From: Candidatus Krumholzibacteriia bacterium
GTDB taxonomy: Bacteria; Krumholzibacteriota; Krumholzibacteriia; WVZY01
Assembly (NCBI GenBank): GCA_036478295.1
Contig: JAZGDW010000093.1
Location: 1 to 60,391 of the forward strand
Direction of reading: 5' to 3'
DNA length: 60,391 nucleotides
Each line of letters begins with the position of its first letter. Position 1 is the stretch's first letter. Below are positions 57,985-60,391 of this stretch, piece by piece. Both the position numbers and the translations under genes were made by a program. The notes beneath the pieces are model-generated. The model did not search any database and was not told the origin of the DNA. It saw only the letters and a list, made by a program, of their open reading frames with translations.

Positions 57985-58962
57985 ATGCTGATATATACCC
58001 TCCGCCGTCTGGCATATTTACTTCCGACGCTTCTCGGTATCACCCTTATAACTTTTTTCATAATCTCCCTGGCGCCGGGCAATCCCGTCGATGTTATGCA
58101 GGAAGGCACGATGAGCGTTCGCATTTCACCGGAGGCATACAATGACATGCTCCGGCTCTACGGATTGGACAAGCCGATTCACGTCCGGTATTTCATCTGG
58201 CTCAAGCGGCTGCTGACGCTCGACTTCGGAAATTCGTTTCTCGATCACAGGGCGGTTATCGTCAAGATACGGGAACGCCTGCCGGCCACCCTGTTACTGA
58301 ACGGTGTTTCGCTCGCCCTCGTGCTCCTCCTGGCCATTCCCTTTGGCCTCTATTCGGCGGTGCGGCAGCACTCCCGTTTCGACAAGATCAGCGGCACGGT
58401 ATTTTACATGCTCTATTCCCTGCCTGAATTCTGGGTGGCGCTTTTGCTGATCCTGCTTTTTGGTGTCAGGTTGAAGCTGCTTCCTTTTATCGGCATTGAA
58501 TCGCTCGACGCCCGGGATCTGGGGTTTTTCGCCTACCTGTGGGACCGGATTCTTCACATGGTCCTGCCCACTGTCTGCTTGACGTACGGATCGCTGGCGT
58601 TTCTTTCTCGTTTTGTCCGCGGCTCGACGTTGGAGGTTATTCGCCAGGACTACGTCCGCACCGCTCGCGCTAAGGGTCTGGACGATAGGCGCGTGGTCTA
58701 CAGACACGTTCTCAGAAACACGCTGATACCGCTCGTCACTCTGCTGGGCATTCTGCTCCCCACGCTGATCAGCGGCAGCGTCATTCTGGAATACATATTC
58801 AGCTGGCCGGGCATCGGAGCCCTGTTTTTTGATTCGGTGATGGCCCGAGATTATCCCACGGTCATGGGTTTGAGCTTTATCACGGCGGTTCTTGTCTTGT
58901 TGAGTACGCTGGTCGCGGACTTGTTGTACACCTGGATCGACCCACGGATTTCTTATGAGTGA
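57985..58962 (+). CDS. ABC transporter permease (OppB/DppB-like)
   Basis: MLIYTLRRLAYLLPTLLGITLITFFI N-terminus. EAA-loop region DYVRTARAKGLDDRRVVYRHVLRNTLIPLVT. Confidence 0.9.
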   Translation: MLIYTLRRLAYLLPTLLGITLITFFIISLAPGNPVDVMQEGTMSVRISPEAYNDMLRLYGLDKPIHVRYFIWLKRLLTLDFGNSFLDHRAVIVKIRERLPATLLLNGVSLALVLLLAIPFGLYSAVRQHSRFDKISGTVFYMLYSLPEFWVALLLILLFGVRLKLLPFIGIESLDARDLGFFAYLWDRILHMVLPTVCLTYGSLAFLSRFVRGSTLEVIRQDYVRTARAKGLDDRRVVYRHVLRNTLIPLVTLLGILLPTLISGSVILEYIFSWPGIGALFFDSVMARDYPTVMGLSFITAVLVLLSTLVADLLYTWIDPRISYE

Positions 58963-60022
58963 TGTTTTCACGACAGACGAGGGCGCGCTGGATCCGACGG
59001 AGAAAAGCGCGGGTTTCGCCGGCATCCTGTGGCGGCGACTGAAGCGCGACCGTTTCGCGATGAGCGGTCTCTACGTCATCATGCTCCTGTTCGTGATTTC
59101 GTACCTGGCGCCTGTTCTGGCGAACGATAAGCCCCTGATGATGCGTTACGAGGGCCGCCTGTATTTTCCGGCGGTGGCGGAGCTGTTCCCGCTGAACAAG
59201 ATTGTCCGCTACCCGGAGCTGCGCAGACTCGATTTCCAGGATCTGGGCGATGACCGCGCGGTCGTGCTTCTGAGGCCCCTGGTTCCCTACTCGCCATACG
59301 AGACGTCGCTGGTTGAGAAGTTTCAGAGGCCCGGCAGCAGGCATTGGATGGGCACCGACGATCTGGGCCGGGACGTCGCCAGCCGCATGATCCACGGCGC
59401 GTCCATATCCCTGCGGGTGGGGTTTGTCGCGGTCGGGATCGCACTGATAATCGGTTTGCTCGCCGGGGCCCTGGCCGGTTATTACGGAGGCGCGGTTGAC
59501 ATCATTATTTCGAGAATCGTAGAAGTGGTGATGTGCTTTCCATCGTTCTTTCTGATCCTGGCCGTGATCGCGTTTCTTCCACCGAGTATTTACAACATCA
59601 TGGTGGTCATTGGGATTACGCGCTGGACGGCCATCGCCCGCTACACGCGGGGGGAATTTCTCCGTATCAAGAAACAGGACTACGCATACGCGGCGAAGGC
59701 GCTGGGAGCCAGTGACCGCAAAATTATCTTTCGACACATCCTGCCCAACTCCCTGGCTCCGGTCCTGGTATCGGCGACCTTCGGCATCGCCAACGCGATC
59801 CTGATCGAGGCAGCGCTGAGTTTTCTCGGCTTCGGCGTCCAGCCACCGACGGCCAGCTGGGGAGGTATCTTGTCGTTGGCGCGGGAATACATCGACGTGG
59901 CCTGGTGGCTGGCGACCATTCCCGGAATTGCGATTTTCGTGACGGTGACCGCGTACAACATTCTGGGAGAAGGGTTGAGAGACGCCAGCGACCCGCGGCA
60001 AACGCTGGCGGAAAGCCGCTGA
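58955..60022 (+). CDS. ABC transporter permease (OppC/DppC-like)
   Basis: HWMGTDDLGRDVASRMIHGA and DYAYAAKALGASDRKIIFRHILPNSLAPVLV. 8-nt overlap with the upstream permease. Confidence 0.9.
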   Translation: MSDVFTTDEGALDPTEKSAGFAGILWRRLKRDRFAMSGLYVIMLLFVISYLAPVLANDKPLMMRYEGRLYFPAVAELFPLNKIVRYPELRRLDFQDLGDDRAVVLLRPLVPYSPYETSLVEKFQRPGSRHWMGTDDLGRDVASRMIHGASISLRVGFVAVGIALIIGLLAGALAGYYGGAVDIIISRIVEVVMCFPSFFLILAVIAFLPPSIYNIMVVIGITRWTAIARYTRGEFLRIKKQDYAYAAKALGASDRKIIFRHILPNSLAPVLVSATFGIANAILIEAALSFLGFGVQPPTASWGGILSLAREYIDVAWWLATIPGIAIFVTVTAYNILGEGLRDASDPRQTLAESR

Positions 60023-60046
60023 CGACGAGTTCGGCGCGGCGCGGCG

Positions 60047-60391
60047 TCAGCGCTGGCAGTGCGGGCAGAAATGCGTGCCCCTGCCGGCGAGCACGATGCG
60101 CTTGATTTCCCCGCCGCACTCCACGCACTCTTCTCCGCTGCGCCCGTAGACCGCGTGGAACTTTTGGAAGGCGCCCTCCGTGCCGTCCACCTTTCTGTAG
60201 TCGCGGAGCGTGGTGCCACCGTGGGCGATCGCCCGCTTCAGCACGGTGCGGGCCTTCGAGAGCAGTCTCGCCGACTTCGGCGCCACGCGATGACCGGGCG
60301 TGCGCGGATCGATCTCCAAGTAGAACAGCAGCTCGTCGGCGTAGATATTGCCGATGCCGGAGAGGATTCTCTGGTCGAGCAGCAACGACTT
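60047..60391 (-). CDS. mutM: formamidopyrimidine-DNA glycosylase, C-terminal part (5' end outside the window)
   Basis: H2TH motif LLDQRILSGIGNIYADELLF and zinc finger CVECGGEIKRIVLAGRGTHFCPHCQ. The reading frame is open to the window edge. Confidence 0.9.
   Translation of the reverse strand, partial: KSLLLDQRILSGIGNIYADELLFYLEIDPRTPGHRVAPKSARLLSKARTVLKRAIAHGGTTLRDYRKVDGTEGAFQKFHAVYGRSGEECVECGGEIKRIVLAGRGTHFCPHCQR

Overview
GC-rich (about 60% by eye, not computed) chromosomal fragment from a diderm bacterium, probably an uncultivated lineage. There is no rRNA or tRNA to place it. I saw no transposase, integrase, phage gene or CRISPR array. Gene packing is tight, and several convergent gene pairs overlap at their stop codons. 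Many long ORFs in the track are antisense shadow ORFs of real genes, as expected at this GC content.

Contents, left to right:
- Partial arylsulfotransferase-like gene.
- Minus-strand operon (1336-12401) of four or five secreted Ig-repeat (DUF11/CARDB-like) proteins. One is a giant of about 1,950 aa carrying an internal OmpA peptidoglycan-binding module and a C-terminal beta-rich region of about 800 aa. Its leader is split off by an apparent frameshift.
- Divergently encoded histidine kinase plus sigma54-dependent (NtrC-type) response regulator. The shared intergenic region holds a candidate -24/-12 promoter pointing into the operon.
- PII-like protein plus two CPA-type cation/proton antiporters.
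- M1 metallopeptidase fused to an Omp85-type outer-membrane barrel.
- Composite palindromic/tandem repeat element.
- Envelope glycan genes: DegT-type aminotransferase, a GT39/ArnT-like protein, GT2, rfbD, and two tandem GT39-TPR paralogues.
- gpmI.
- SPFH-phosphodiesterase-TPR fusion protein.
- Secreted M1 aminopeptidase with HEAT repeats.
- Complete canonical F1Fo ATP synthase operon (atpZ-I-B-E-F-H-A-G-D-C), with a short epsilon subunit and a long hairpin in the atpH-atpA spacer.
- GAF-PAS histidine kinase.
- Ppx/GppA-family protein and an RluA-family pseudouridine synthase.
- ArsR/SmtB repressor with its operator, plus a P1B ATPase with atypical metal motifs.
- SGNH hydrolase and an M28 peptidase.
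- A CHRD protein and an unrelated secreted protein that share a C-terminal TWGxIKALY tail.
- Decayed SLC13/DASS transporter remnant.
- AlkA-like glycosylase.
- Peptide ABC importer (substrate-binding protein plus two permeases).
- Partial mutM.

The best candidate for an undescribed system is the sigma54-linked Ig-repeat/OmpA-giant operon. The M1-Omp85 fusion is second.
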